Counted from the first letter of the stretch, positions 1-10,507 are shown. The stretch is DNA of 64,000 nt from Bacteroidia bacterium (GCA_041391605.1 JAWKNQ010000008.1:10732-74731); one strand, 5' to 3'. Notes: generated by a model from the letters alone, not told the origin. Made by a program: numbers and translations.

Positions 1-890
1 ATTTCATTGAAGGTCATTTCAAAACGAATATCAGGCTTATCGTTTCCGTACAAACGCATGGCTTCATCGTAAGTCATTCTTGGAAGTATACCGATGTCAA
101 TACCTTTCACCTCTTGAAACAAATGTTGAATCATGCCTTCAAACAACTCTAAAACATCTTCTTGTTCAACAAAACTCATTTCACAATCAATCTGAGTAAA
201 TTCAGGTTGTCTATCTGCTCTTAAATCTTCATCTCTAAAACATTTTACTATTTGGTAGTAACGATCAAAACCACTTACCATCAATAATTGCTTGAAAGTT
301 TGTGGACTTTGAGGCAAAGCGTAAAACTGTCCTGGATTCATTCTACTCGGCACCACAAAGTCTCTAGCTCCTTCTGGAGTCGACTTTATTAAAACTGGAG
401 TTTCAACTTCAATAAACAATTTTTTATCTAGATATGTTCTAACCTGTTTAGATACTTGATGCCTAAGCACTAGATTATTTCTCACAACATCACGACGTAA
501 ATCCAAATATCTGTATTGCATGCGGAGCTCATCTCCACCATCTGTATCTTCTTCAATTGTGAAGGGTGGAGTTAAAGATTTATTTAAAACCTTCATTTCT
601 GAAACCACCACTTCAATCTCACCTGTATTTATTTTTAGGTTCTTATTACTTCTTTCAGTAACCAAACCTTTAATTTGCACAACAAACTCACGACCTAAAT
701 CTCTTGCCAATTGAAGCAAATCATTGTCAATTTCTTCGCTAAAACTCAATTGAGTTATGCCATATCGATCACGCAAGTCAATAAATGTAATTGCACCAAA
801 ATCTCTTCGTTTGGCCACCCATCCTGCAAGTGTTACTTCTTTTCCTGAATCAGCAATTCGCAATTCGCCGCAATCATGACTTCTATACAT
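1..890 (-). CDS. aspS: aspartate--tRNA ligase, N-terminal ~296 codons (rest lies outside the window)
   Basis: Absent from the ORF track because there is no stop inside the window. My translation of the minus strand from ATG 890-888 gives [44 protein letters not shown]...[52 protein letters not shown], a typical AspRS OB-fold plus class II motif region. Confidence 0.9.
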   Translation of the reverse strand, partial: MYRSHDCGELRIADSGKEVTLAGWVAKRRDFGAITFIDLRDRYGITQLSFSEEIDNDLLQLARDLGREFVVQIKGLVTERSNKNLKINTGEIEVVVSEMKVLNKSLTPPFTIEEDTDGGDELRMQYRYLDLRRDVVRNNLVLRHQVSKQVRTYLDKKLFIEVETPVLIKSTPEGARDFVVPSRMNPGQFYALPQSPQTFKQLLMVSGFDRYYQIVKCFRDEDLRADRQPEFTQIDCEMSFVEQEDVLELFEGMIQHLFQEVKGIDIGILPRMTYDEAMRLYGNDKPDIRFEMTFNE

Positions 891-1067
891 GGCGGCAAAA
901 TTAAGTATTTCTTGTATTGAATCCTTAGTGAAAATTCAATTTCATAAAATTCACGAGACTTTAATATTTATTTGATTTATAACGCTTCAATACGAGTATC
1001 AATTCTTCCAATCGAATTTATTAAAAAAAATTGACGAACATTGTATAGACAAAATTGTTATTAAATC

Positions 1068-2159
1068 ATGCGCGGTTATAGATTTCAGAAAGCAGACAAA
1101 TCATCGAATCAAAGTCCTTTTGATACGCTTTTTTCTATTTTCAAAGAAGTTTTAGTGCATACCTCAGGCGACATGGCCGAAGCACTTGACTGGATGAATG
1201 AAATCGATCGAGAACATCATATCACAACCAATGCTTATGGCATGGGGCAGTTTATTGAAGACTTAAAAGCTAAAGGATATATCAAACAAAACCCGATTAA
1301 AGGAGATTTTGAAATGAGTGATAAGATGGAACAAACCATTCGGAAAAGTGCTCTAAATGAAATCTTTGGTAAAATAAAAAAATCAAACAAAGGCGATCAT
1401 CAAAGTAAATTGAGTGGAACTGGTGACGAATTATCAGCAGAACAACGCAGTTATCAATTTGGTGATGACTTATCTCAAATTGCAATTACAGAGTCGATAA
1501 AAAACGCGCATGGAATTCTAACAAATACGAATGCGTGGATGAATGATGAGGATTTTGTTGTAAATGAAAAAGAATACAAAGGTCAGGCAAGCACTGTTTT
1601 AATGATAGACATTTCTCATTCCATGATTTTATATGGTGAAGACAGAATAACACCTGCCAAAAAAGTCGCCATGGCATTAGCTGAATTAATCAAAACAAAA
1701 TACCCTAAAGACACCTTAGATATTTTAGTTTTTGGAGATGATGCTTGGAAGATAGAACTCAAGGAATTACCATACTTAAAGGTAGGTCCATATCACACAA
1801 ACACTGTAGCTGGTTTGCAATTAGCTCAGGATTTATTAAGAAGAAGAAAAAACAAAAACAAACAAATATTTATGATAACCGATGGAAAGCCAAGTTGTTT
1901 GAAAGAACCTGGTGGATACTACATGAATAGTTTTGGCTTGGATCGAAAAATAGTTAACAAAACATTAAATGAAGCTGCAATCTGTCGAAGATTAAAAATC
2001 CCTATCACTACTTTTATGATTGCCAAGGACCCATATTTGCAAAACTTCATTGAAGAATTTACAGAAATCAATAACGGTAAAGCATTTTATTCCAGTCTTA
2101 CTGGCTTAGGTGAATATATATTTAAAGATTTCGAAAATAACAAAAGGAAACAATATTAA
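1068..2159 (+). CDS. von Willebrand factor A (VWA) domain protein
   Basis: 363-aa ORF with a MIDAS-like DxSxS (LMIDISHSM) and a later ITDGKPS. It sits directly upstream of an AAA+ partner. Confidence 0.8.
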   Translation: MRGYRFQKADKSSNQSPFDTLFSIFKEVLVHTSGDMAEALDWMNEIDREHHITTNAYGMGQFIEDLKAKGYIKQNPIKGDFEMSDKMEQTIRKSALNEIFGKIKKSNKGDHQSKLSGTGDELSAEQRSYQFGDDLSQIAITESIKNAHGILTNTNAWMNDEDFVVNEKEYKGQASTVLMIDISHSMILYGEDRITPAKKVAMALAELIKTKYPKDTLDILVFGDDAWKIELKELPYLKVGPYHTNTVAGLQLAQDLLRRRKNKNKQIFMITDGKPSCLKEPGGYYMNSFGLDRKIVNKTLNEAAICRRLKIPITTFMIAKDPYLQNFIEEFTEINNGKAFYSSLTGLGEYIFKDFENNKRKQY

Positions 2160-2170
2160 ACTTATACAAA

Positions 2171-3601
2171 GTGAATACAATACAAACATTAGGAGAATTA
2201 AGGAAAAGTGGATATAAGAGCAAATCAATAAAAGATGAATTGCGAGATAATTTGATTTCTAAAATCAAGAACAAAGAAAATATTTTTGAAGGAATACTGG
2301 GATACGAACACACTGTAATTCCAGACATTGAGAGGGCAATTCTTTCCGGACATAGTATTAATATGTTGGGATTGCGAGGTCAAGCTAAAACGAGAATAGC
2401 TCGTCAAATGATTAATTTACTAGATTCACATATTCCAATTATTGAAGGAAGTGAAATTAATGACGACCCTTTAAATCCAATTTCAAAATATGCGATAGAG
2501 CGCATTGAACAAGATGGAGACAGCACCAAAATTGAATGGTTATCGAGAAACGAAAGATATGTAGAGAAGCTAGCAACACCAGATGTTTCAATTGCAGATT
2601 TAATTGGTGACCTTGACCCTGTAAAAGCAATCAATCAAAAATTGAGTTATTCAGACGAAAAGGCCATACATTTCGGATTAATTCCGAGAAGCAACCGTTG
2701 CATATTTGTCATCAATGAATTGCCTGATTTACAAGCAAGAATACAAGTCGCACTTTTTAATATCTTACAAGAAGGCGACATTCAAATTAGAGGTTTTAAA
2801 ATTCGATTGCCACTAGATATTCAATTTGTTTTTACTGCCAATCCTGAAGATTATACCAACCGAGGAAGCATTGTTACTCCATTGAAAGACCGTATAGGTA
2901 GTCAAATCATAACGCATTACCCTAAAACAATTGAAATAGCAAAACAGATTACCAGACAAGAGGCTAAAATCCGTGATGAGCAAAAAGGTATTGTTTCTAT
3001 TTCTCCAATTCTTGAAAACATCATAGAGCAAGTTGTTTTTGAAGCAAGAAAAAGTGAGTATGTTGATTCAAAAAGTGGAGTTTCGGCAAGATTAAGCATC
3101 TCAGCCTATGAAAACTTAGTAAGTGCAGCTGAAAGAAGAGCATTGTTTAACAGTGATAAAACAACTGAAGCACGGATATCTGACTTGCAAGGTATTATTC
3201 CTGCTATTACAGGAAAAGTTGAGATGGTTTATGAAGGAGAACAAGAAGGGCCGTATAAAGTAGCGCAAAACTTAGTTGGCAATGCGATCAAAACAGTTTT
3301 TAGTGAACTATTTCCAAAACTAAATACGAAGAGCAAAAAGAATCAAGAAGTCCCAAATCCATATCAAAGTATTACTGAATGGTTTGACCAAGGTAATCAC
3401 ATCGATTTGCCTAATATGAGTAGCAATGAAGAATTTTATGCAGCCTTGGATAGTTTACCGGCTTTGCGTGAATTTGTAACGACAAATTTCAAAAAACTAG
3501 ATGCAAATGAAACGTATTTGATGATGGAATTGCTTCTATTTGGCTTAAGCGAACACAGCAAACTCAGCAAACATCAATTGGAAACATCTTGTGAGTTTTA
3601 A
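2171..3601 (+). CDS. AAA+ ATPase, Mg-chelatase ChlI/BchI-like (MoxR-related)
   Basis: 476-aa ORF with a GTG start. It has a P-loop-like GLRGQAKT, Walker-B-like CIFVINELPD and TANPEDYTNRG. It is paired with the VWA gene 11 nt upstream. Confidence 0.75.
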   Translation: MNTIQTLGELRKSGYKSKSIKDELRDNLISKIKNKENIFEGILGYEHTVIPDIERAILSGHSINMLGLRGQAKTRIARQMINLLDSHIPIIEGSEINDDPLNPISKYAIERIEQDGDSTKIEWLSRNERYVEKLATPDVSIADLIGDLDPVKAINQKLSYSDEKAIHFGLIPRSNRCIFVINELPDLQARIQVALFNILQEGDIQIRGFKIRLPLDIQFVFTANPEDYTNRGSIVTPLKDRIGSQIITHYPKTIEIAKQITRQEAKIRDEQKGIVSISPILENIIEQVVFEARKSEYVDSKSGVSARLSISAYENLVSAAERRALFNSDKTTEARISDLQGIIPAITGKVEMVYEGEQEGPYKVAQNLVGNAIKTVFSELFPKLNTKSKKNQEVPNPYQSITEWFDQGNHIDLPNMSSNEEFYAALDSLPALREFVTTNFKKLDANETYLMMELLLFGLSEHSKLSKHQLETSCEF

Positions 3602-3662
3602 AGATTTATTTGGAAGTGTATTCTCCGGATTTTCTGAAATGGGGTAAGTTAAACTATACTCA

Positions 3663-4376
3663 TTGAAAGAATTAGAAGATTATACTTGGTTTCCTTCGCA
3701 ATTGCGAAACATGCAAACAGCATTCATCGGATATATTGTTTCAAAATTCAAAATATACAATGCATTTATAAAATATATTAATTCACAGAACCTTGAGTAT
3801 TCAACTCTGTTTGACTTGTGTTCTGGAAGCGGTGAACCAGCAATATCAATATTTAAAGCAAGCCAATCATTTGATCAACTAATATTAAGCGACAAATACC
3901 CAAATACAAAGTTAGCTTTCAATGACCAGGTTAAATATATTAACGAATCAATAGATGTGAACGAATTCAAATTCAAGTCGAATGTTACGTATACTATGTT
4001 CAATGCATTTCATCACTTTTCAGATAAAAAAAAAGAAGACATTGTACAATGCATTATTGAATCTAAAACTGATGCGTATTTTGTTGAAATACTGCGACCT
4101 AATTTATTTTGTTTGATTCAAGTTTTAATTACAACGACACTTGGATGTTTAGTTATCACTCCATTCCTACCTAGTTTTAATTTTAAAACATTTGTATTCA
4201 CCTATATCCTTCCAATCAATTTAATTAGCATAACATTCGATGGAATTGTTTCTGTATTCAAATCTCGCTCTTTGAAACAGTATCAAAACATGACATCCCA
4301 ATTTTCTAACAAAGTTGAAGTATTCAAACTTGGACCTTTACTGGCGCCTTTAATCGTTATACGTATTAAAAAATGA
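3663..4376 (+). CDS. class I SAM-dependent methyltransferase-like protein with C-terminal membrane hairpin
   Basis: 237-aa ORF. It has a motif-I-like FDLCSGSGEP and hydrophobic C-terminal helices. The TTG start is supported by alignment to the paralog at 57674 (MKELEDYTWFPSQLRN vs FEFEDLKWFPTFLRN). Its stop overlaps the next start (ATGA). Confidence 0.65.
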   Translation: MKELEDYTWFPSQLRNMQTAFIGYIVSKFKIYNAFIKYINSQNLEYSTLFDLCSGSGEPAISIFKASQSFDQLILSDKYPNTKLAFNDQVKYINESIDVNEFKFKSNVTYTMFNAFHHFSDKKKEDIVQCIIESKTDAYFVEILRPNLFCLIQVLITTTLGCLVITPFLPSFNFKTFVFTYILPINLISITFDGIVSVFKSRSLKQYQNMTSQFSNKVEVFKLGPLLAPLIVIRIKK

Positions 4377-5263
4377 GAAAAGCAGCGTTAATCTTGTGGA
4401 AATTCAGTAGACCACACACCATTATAGGCAGTGTTGTAAGCATAAGTGCATTGTATGCCATGGTTGCTGAAAATGAAAGTGAACATTTATTATTACTGTT
4501 AACTGCTCTTTTAATTGGAATAAGTTGCAATCTATATATAGTAGGCATTAATCAAATTGAAGACGTTGAGCTTGACAAAATAAACAAACCATTTTTACCC
4601 ATAGCATCTGGAGAATTGAGTGTTAAAAATGCCAAATGGATTGTGTATTCCAGTTTTATTTTCTGCTCCATTTTAGCAAGCATCTTATCACCATTACTTT
4701 TAGCAATTGTAATAATATCAATGGGTATTGGATGGGGGTATTCACGACCGCCATTTTACCTGCGGAAGCACCATCTTCCAGCCGCTCTATCAATTTCAAT
4801 TGTTAGAGGAGTTATGGTGAATTTAGGCGGGTTTTTAGTTTTCCAAAAACTAATTTACAACACGTATAAACTCAATGGAGACATCATTGCATTGGTGTTT
4901 TTTGTTGTCATTTTCAGCGTTGTAATTGCGTGGTTTAAAGACATCCCAGATGTTAAGGGAGATAAGTTATTCAAACTAAAAAGTCTTCCTATACTCTACA
5001 GCAGTAAAACTGTTCTGAATATAGGATTTGGATTAGTGAGTAGTGCGTATATATGCTGTATAGTTTATTTCGGCACTCAACTTGAGAGAAATTTTTCAAG
5101 GTATGACATACTCTTTTACGGACATATAATTGTATTCTTCACCTTTCTGACTTATTTCATAAAGTCGAATAAAAGTGACGAAAAATCCTTGCGCAGATTT
5201 TACAAAACTTATTGGATGTTTTTCTTCGCTGAATATATAGTATTCTTATTAGCTTCTATTTAA
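4373..5263 (+). CDS. UbiA-superfamily aromatic prenyltransferase, homogentisate phytyl/prenyl-transferase-like
   Basis: 296-aa polytopic ORF. The first Asp-rich motif is NQIEDVELDKINKPFLPIASGELS and the second is KDIPDVKGDKLF. Both closely match my recollection of HPT/VTE2-type motifs. Confidence 0.75.
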   Translation: MRKAALILWKFSRPHTIIGSVVSISALYAMVAENESEHLLLLLTALLIGISCNLYIVGINQIEDVELDKINKPFLPIASGELSVKNAKWIVYSSFIFCSILASILSPLLLAIVIISMGIGWGYSRPPFYLRKHHLPAALSISIVRGVMVNLGGFLVFQKLIYNTYKLNGDIIALVFFVVIFSVVIAWFKDIPDVKGDKLFKLKSLPILYSSKTVLNIGFGLVSSAYICCIVYFGTQLERNFSRYDILFYGHIIVFFTFLTYFIKSNKSDEKSLRRFYKTYWMFFFAEYIVFLLASI

Positions 5264-5277
5264 TTGAAGCTAATAAA

Positions 5278-6273
5278 TTAATTATCCTTTTTTGGTGGTT
5301 TAGAGAAAGCATCTCTCATTTCGGTATCGGAAATAATATTTTTCATTTTATAGTAGTCCATAATTCCCATATTTCCACTGCGGAATGCTTCACTCATTGC
5401 TTTTGGAATTTCTGCTTCAGCCTCAATTACTGATGCTCTTGCTTCTTGTGCTTTTGCTTTCATCTCTTGTTCAAGAGCGATTGCCATTGCACGACGTTCT
5501 TCAGCTTTAGCTTGTGCAATATTTTTGTCAGCTTCAGCTTGGTCCATTTGTAGTTTTGCTCCAATATTTTCGCCAATATCAATATCTGCAATATCAATTG
5601 ACAGGATTTCGAACGCTGTACCAGCATCTAATCCCTTTGACAAAACGCCTTTTGATATTCTATCTGGATTTTCGAGCACTTCTTTATGGTTCATTGCTGA
5701 ACCAATTGTAGTTACAATACCTTCACCTACACGCGCTAAAATCGTTTCCTCTCCCGCTCCTCCAACTAATTGAGAAATATTAGCTCGAACAGTTACTCTA
5801 GCTTTTGCAATTAACTGAATTCCATCTTTTGCAACTGCAGAAACTGGAGGTGTATCGATAACCATAGGATTTACGCTCATTTGAACCGCATCAAACACAT
5901 CTCTTCCAGCCAAATCAATAGCTGTTGCTGCGTTAAAATCAAGAGGAATATTAGCTTTGTCTGCACTTATAAGCGCTGCCACAACTTTCATCACATTTCC
6001 TCCAGCGAGGTAATGCGCTTCTAACATATCACTATTGATAACCAAGCCTGCTTTAGTGGCATTTACCATACCTTTGACAATAATCTCTGGTGGCACCTTC
6101 CTCCATCTCATAAAGATAAGATCCAATAAGGATATTTTTACTTTGGATAGAATTGCAGAAAACCACAATCCAAGTGGAACGAAGTACAGAAATAAGAAGA
6201 ATACAATTACGATTCCTATTATTCCACCAATCCCAAAGGGAATACTTGAAATATTTTGTTGAAGTAGTATCAT
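5278..6273 (-). CDS. floA: flotillin-like protein FloA (UPF0365/YqfA family)
   Basis: 331-aa ORF with an N-terminal TM segment and [11 protein letters not shown]...[17 protein letters not shown], followed by an Ala/Glu-rich coiled C-terminus. Confidence 0.85.
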   Translation of the reverse strand: MILLQQNISSIPFGIGGIIGIVIVFFLFLYFVPLGLWFSAILSKVKISLLDLIFMRWRKVPPEIIVKGMVNATKAGLVINSDMLEAHYLAGGNVMKVVAALISADKANIPLDFNAATAIDLAGRDVFDAVQMSVNPMVIDTPPVSAVAKDGIQLIAKARVTVRANISQLVGGAGEETILARVGEGIVTTIGSAMNHKEVLENPDRISKGVLSKGLDAGTAFEILSIDIADIDIGENIGAKLQMDQAEADKNIAQAKAEERRAMAIALEQEMKAKAQEARASVIEAEAEIPKAMSEAFRSGNMGIMDYYKMKNIISDTEMRDAFSKPPKKDN

Positions 6274-6731
6274 GATGAAATTTGTTTTACGTATATTTTG
6301 TTGTTTTCAATTTTTATTATCTCCACAAAAGCTCCTGATTCGATGAATTCACCTGAAGTAGATACTTCAACAGTTAATCCATCAAAAGTCACTTTACCCA
6401 TAGGGCGCAAAGAACTAATTGTGTTTCCTGAGTCTCCAATTTTTACATTCGGTAATATATTGACTTTCCCTTCGGTATTTTTATGCAAAGAAACTTTGTC
6501 CCACATCCCACTTTTAACAGCAATAATGATACATGCTATCAACAAAAGTATAAGGCCTGCTAAAGCCAAATGACCTGAGGTTGTCCCGTAAGCATTATAA
6601 ATATGATAAAGCGCATAAAGCCAAGCTATACCACCTAAGGCACCAGTAATAAAACCTGGAGTTACAAATAATTCGAGCAAGATGAGTATCAAACCCAAAA
6701 TTATCATGATTATAATAATTACTGTAGTCAT
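6270..6731 (-). CDS. nfeD: NfeD family membrane protein
   Basis: 153-aa ORF with three N-terminal TM helices and a C-terminal soluble beta domain. It has a 4-nt overlap with floA, the classical NfeD-flotillin operon arrangement. Confidence 0.8.
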   Translation of the reverse strand: MTTVIIIIMIILGLILILLELFVTPGFITGALGGIAWLYALYHIYNAYGTTSGHLALAGLILLLIACIIIAVKSGMWDKVSLHKNTEGKVNILPNVKIGDSGNTISSLRPMGKVTFDGLTVEVSTSGEFIESGAFVEIIKIENNKIYVKQISS

Positions 6732-6738
6732 TTTAGTC

Positions 6739-7200
6739 TTATTTTAATAGTTCTTTAATCTTGTTCAGGTCGGGAATATCGCTTGAATTTTCCAATATCT
6801 CTGCATATTTTATTTTTCCATCTTCATCAATTACAAATGCAGCGCGTTTTGTAACACGTTTAGTCCCTAAAATAAATTCATCATACAAGGTGTCATAATC
6901 TTCAGAAACTGTTTTATTGTAATCGCTTAGAAGTAAAAAATTTAAGTTTTGGTCTTCTTTATATCGTTTTAAAGAAAACATAGCATCGTTTGAGATTCCA
7001 ATAACTTCAGCATTTAAATCTTTGTAGTTATTAATATCATCTCTCACACTGCACAACTCTGCCGTACAAGTGGAACTAAATGCAAAAGGGAAAAAGAGTA
7101 ACACGACTTGCTTTCCTTTCAGTTGCGATAAAGTAGTTTCAGTTCTATCCGTGTTGTATAAAGTAAAATCTGGTGCGGTGTCTCCAATTTTCAGTGCCAT
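6739..7200 (-). CDS. peroxiredoxin (AhpC/TSA-Bcp type)
   Basis: The ORF track gives 6739..7347, but the conserved N-terminus MALKIGDTAPDFTLYN begins at the ATG at 7200-7198. The peroxidatic Cys context is FPFAFSSTCTAELC. Confidence 0.85.
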   Translation of the reverse strand: MALKIGDTAPDFTLYNTDRTETTLSQLKGKQVVLLFFPFAFSSTCTAELCSVRDDINNYKDLNAEVIGISNDAMFSLKRYKEDQNLNFLLLSDYNKTVSEDYDTLYDEFILGTKRVTKRAAFVIDEDGKIKYAEILENSSDIPDLNKIKELLK

Positions 7201-7246
7201 AGTATCCAATAAAAGATGTGAATGCACGAATTTAAGAATTATTGAT

Positions 7247-8512
7247 TTGATTTGTAAAATAATTTTGAACCTCCGCTCAAAAATATTGCTGTCTATTTTA
7301 ATTGTATTTGCATTATTAAATACTGGAAAATGGCTCATCAATTTCATTTCAACCCCTTATGAACCTATTGATTTCAGAGGTTGCTATTTAAGTGCAGAAG
7401 CCTATTGGAATGGAATGGACCCATATAGTTATGAGGATCAAAAAAAATTGTGGGAACCTATTCAATCTGAGAATCACGATTGGAAAATGATTGAAAATGG
7501 GGTGTATTCCACTCCATTATATCCGCCACAATTTGTTGCATTTTTCGGTTTGTATTCGCTTTTGAGCTTCAAAGTAGCTATTTGGTTACAATGGATATTA
7601 AACATTTTCGCTATTGGTCTTATTATTTGGAGTATAAGTAAACTCAACCAAAACTTGTCCGTTAAATACATTGTTCTTGGAATTATGGCGTTCAGAGGCA
7701 CTTGGTATGCATTAGATACAGGCCAGCCAATGTTACAAGTATTTGCGCTTGCTATGTATGTATTAGTATTAATTGAAAGAAAAAACTTAAGTCTGCTTCC
7801 TGGATTATTACTGGGTTTTATTTCATTTAAATACACTTTACTAATTCCTTTTGGCTTATACTTACTTTACAAAAAAGAATACAAAATTGTTTCAATATGG
7901 ATTGGACTATCCGTATTACTTAATGCTATACTATTGATACTAGACATGAATGCTCAAACACATATCCAATCGTGGTTAAACAGCATGCAATTGATGAACA
8001 ATTATCTACATCAGGACATCAGTAACAATGGACTAGCAATTATAGCAACATCTATTTCAATACCTGTGTCACAGTTGTTTAAGATATCTGAATCCGTTTC
8101 CTCGGGTCCTTTTATGATTTTAGTGCGTATAATACTACCTCTAGTTCCTTTTGTATTTATATGGATGTACAGAAAGAAATTCACTTGGCAGTATTTAATT
8201 TTCATTAGCTCACTTTGTAGCATTTGTTTTGGACATCACCTAATATACGATGTATTAACCTTAATTAGTTTGCGTCTGATTAGTATTGATAAAAATAGTT
8301 CAATTTCTAGTCTAGAATTTACATTACTGATTTTATTAGTAATTCCTTTGGGGAAGCTAGTTGAAATCAGCCATATTAATCAATTGCATTTCTTGCCTGC
8401 AGTTTACTTGTTCTTTTATTTTATCGTTCAAGTAATTCGAATAATTAAGCATCAGAATCTGCCAATACTAAACACAGAAATTGAAAACAAGTCTATAGAA
8501 CAAGACCGGTAA
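7247..8512 (+). CDS. polytopic membrane protein, possibly GT-C type glycosyltransferase (DUF2029/GT87-like)
   Basis: Long hydrophobic ORF with at least 10 predicted TM segments. The track start at 7070 overlaps the peroxiredoxin gene on the other strand. There is no ATG before the first TM, so I propose TTG at 7247. The start is uncertain. Confidence 0.5.
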   Translation: MICKIILNLRSKILLSILIVFALLNTGKWLINFISTPYEPIDFRGCYLSAEAYWNGMDPYSYEDQKKLWEPIQSENHDWKMIENGVYSTPLYPPQFVAFFGLYSLLSFKVAIWLQWILNIFAIGLIIWSISKLNQNLSVKYIVLGIMAFRGTWYALDTGQPMLQVFALAMYVLVLIERKNLSLLPGLLLGFISFKYTLLIPFGLYLLYKKEYKIVSIWIGLSVLLNAILLILDMNAQTHIQSWLNSMQLMNNYLHQDISNNGLAIIATSISIPVSQLFKISESVSSGPFMILVRIILPLVPFVFIWMYRKKFTWQYLIFISSLCSICFGHHLIYDVLTLISLRLISIDKNSSISSLEFTLLILLVIPLGKLVEISHINQLHFLPAVYLFFYFIVQVIRIIKHQNLPILNTEIENKSIEQDR

Positions 8513-9128
8513 TCGCAAAAAACAAGAGTTGAATGATATATAATGGCAAAGCAAGTTTGTTTTTCGAAAGTTTAACAGAATTCACAAATGCCAACTGAAT
8601 AATAAAACCACAAAGAAACCAGCCGGCATAATTGTGCAATGGGACATAACCAATATCCCATAACCACATTTTGTTCGCAATGGCAAAGGGCTCAATAAAG
8701 AAATCTAAGCCGATCATGAAACTGGCTGAAGTAAGAGCAATCAACCATTTTGACTTGACCATTTTCTCTGCAATTTGCCTAGAAATATAAGTGGTTGTTA
8801 TCCAAGTAAGTCCCATTATAAGTGGCGTATCTAAAATTGACCATCCTAGAATACTTCCATATTGATATCGACCAAAGATAAAACCTGTTTTCACACCGAT
8901 AACTTCAATAAAAAAACCAATGCATCCTATACTGAGTAACGCAACAGAAAAATCAAAACTCCAGCTTTTGTGAAAGGAGAATAATAAAACAGCGGAAAAC
9001 ACAATATTTACCCATATTAGTTTGGACATAAGCATTCTCGTTTGAGGGACCAAAAACCCAAGAATACCTACTAGATAAACAATCACCAAAATCAAAATAG
9101 CCTTTTTATCAGATATTTTGATCTGCAT
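8493..9128 (-). CDS. membrane protein, carotenoid-biosynthesis-associated family (DUF422-like)
   Basis: 211-aa ORF with about 7 TM helices. The family call is from remembered sequence similarity only. Confidence 0.45.
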   Translation of the reverse strand: MQIKISDKKAILILVIVYLVGILGFLVPQTRMLMSKLIWVNIVFSAVLLFSFHKSWSFDFSVALLSIGCIGFFIEVIGVKTGFIFGRYQYGSILGWSILDTPLIMGLTWITTTYISRQIAEKMVKSKWLIALTSASFMIGLDFFIEPFAIANKMWLWDIGYVPLHNYAGWFLCGFIIQLAFVNSVKLSKNKLALPLYIIQLLFFAITGLVL

Positions 9129-9425
9129 TTATTTAATTTTCAAATCGGTGATAGCTTCGTAACCCAGTGATTCATTTATCAAATTTATTGCTTTTTCTTT
9201 GTGATAAATCACTTCGTTTTTAACGATAGAGGAGTTAAAGTAAACAATAAGTTCTGTTCCGTTTAAATATAAACCAGTAGTGTGTTTTGAAATAGCTTCT
9301 CCCATTATTTTAGCCCATTCCTGTTTAATTACGCTTTGGTCAAATCCTTTTTTAATGCGTTTATCAGACACCACGAGTTTGAGAGCTTCTTCAATTGTGA
9401 ATAGATGATTTGGTTTCTTTTGCAT
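9129..9425 (-). CDS. DUF721 domain protein
   Basis: 98-aa ORF immediately downstream of recF, a conserved Bacteroidota gene pair. It carries the pattern W..IVG..I...T....L..G.L.V...SS....E. Confidence 0.7.
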   Translation of the reverse strand: MQKKPNHLFTIEEALKLVVSDKRIKKGFDQSVIKQEWAKIMGEAISKHTTGLYLNGTELIVYFNSSIVKNEVIYHKEKAINLINESLGYEAITDLKIK

Positions 9426-9431
9426 TGTGAA

Positions 9432-10507
9432 TTATAAGTCTACGAATTTGATATTTTTCTTTCCATTCTCAAAATGTTTCTTTACTCGATCTGAATGCGT
9501 GTCAGTGATAATTATCTGACCAAACTCCTCTGAATCAAGCAAGTCAATTAGTTTTTGAGCTTTATTTTCATCAATTTTTTCAAACATATCGTCCAAGAGT
9601 AATATAGGTTTAGAACCTAAAAGTTGATTAAAAAGTTTGAATTGGGAGAGTTTGAAGGCAATAATAAATGCCTTACTCTGACCTTGGGATCCAAACTTCT
9701 TAAGAGGATAGTCTCCTATTTCAAAAACAATATCATCTTTATGCACGCCGATAGTAGTGCGTTCTAAAACTAAGTCCTTTTGAATGGAGTCTTTCAACAA
9801 TTCTGAATAATCTTGATCATTCAATTGGCTGCTGTACTTAAAATTTAAAGATTCGTTATTGCTGGTGAGTTCAGAATATATGGTTGTGAAACTTTCATTT
9901 AAGATTGCAAGTATTTCTGACCGTTTCTTGTGTATGTAATTTGCCGCAGGAATTAATTTTGAATTGTAACTTTCAATAATAATTTCATCAAAGTGCTTAT
10001 GTCGAGAGAAAAGTTTCAATTGGCTATTGCGCTGTTCAAGTGTCTTTTGATATTCGTTGAGTGTGTTTAGGTATACACGATCTGTCTGACTGATACAGAT
10101 ATCAATAAATTTGCGTCGAACATCACTGTGACCAATAACAAGCTCAATATCATCAGGTGTAATCATGACAACATTGATCAGGCCAATGTGATAGATTAGT
10201 TTATCGTAGAGCTTATCATTTTTCTTTAATTTCTTTTTTTGCCTTTTTCAAGAATTAATTGCAAATCAATTGGTTTATCTAAAGTAAATTTTGCATTAAT
10301 GGAAGCTAAATCAGTTTCGTGTAAAATCAATTGATAATCGATTGGATTGAAATAACTTTTACATGTACTTAGCATATAAATAGCATCGAGGATATTCGTT
10401 TTACCTTTTCCATTATCCCCTGTAATACAAGTAATATCAGCATCAAAATCAAATTTTACGCCTGAATGATTCTTGAAATTATGTAGACTTAATTGTTGAA
10501 TTTTCAC
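9432..10507 (-). pseudogene. recF: DNA replication/repair protein RecF, split by a frameshift as assembled
   Basis: ORF 10226..10507 is the RecF N-terminus (MKIQQLSLHNFKN...ITGDNGKGKTNILDAIY). ORF 9432..10166 is the RecF C-terminus (LLLDDMFEKID, ITDTH). Reading upstream from 10166 in the second frame gives KKLKKNDKLYDKLIYHIGLINVVMITPDD. The frames meet at an A7 run in the coding strand (T7 at 10234-10240), and A8 would restore one ORF. Confidence 0.85.

Noticed and set aside
7070-7246. The N-terminal 59 codons of the track's 480-aa membrane-protein ORF, along with similar upstream extensions at 10516, 27721, 52928, 56103 and 56900.
   Set aside because: These extensions overlap a neighbouring gene, a stop codon or a conserved motif, and they precede a better start that yields a canonical N-terminus or signal peptide. 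The shorter models were used.
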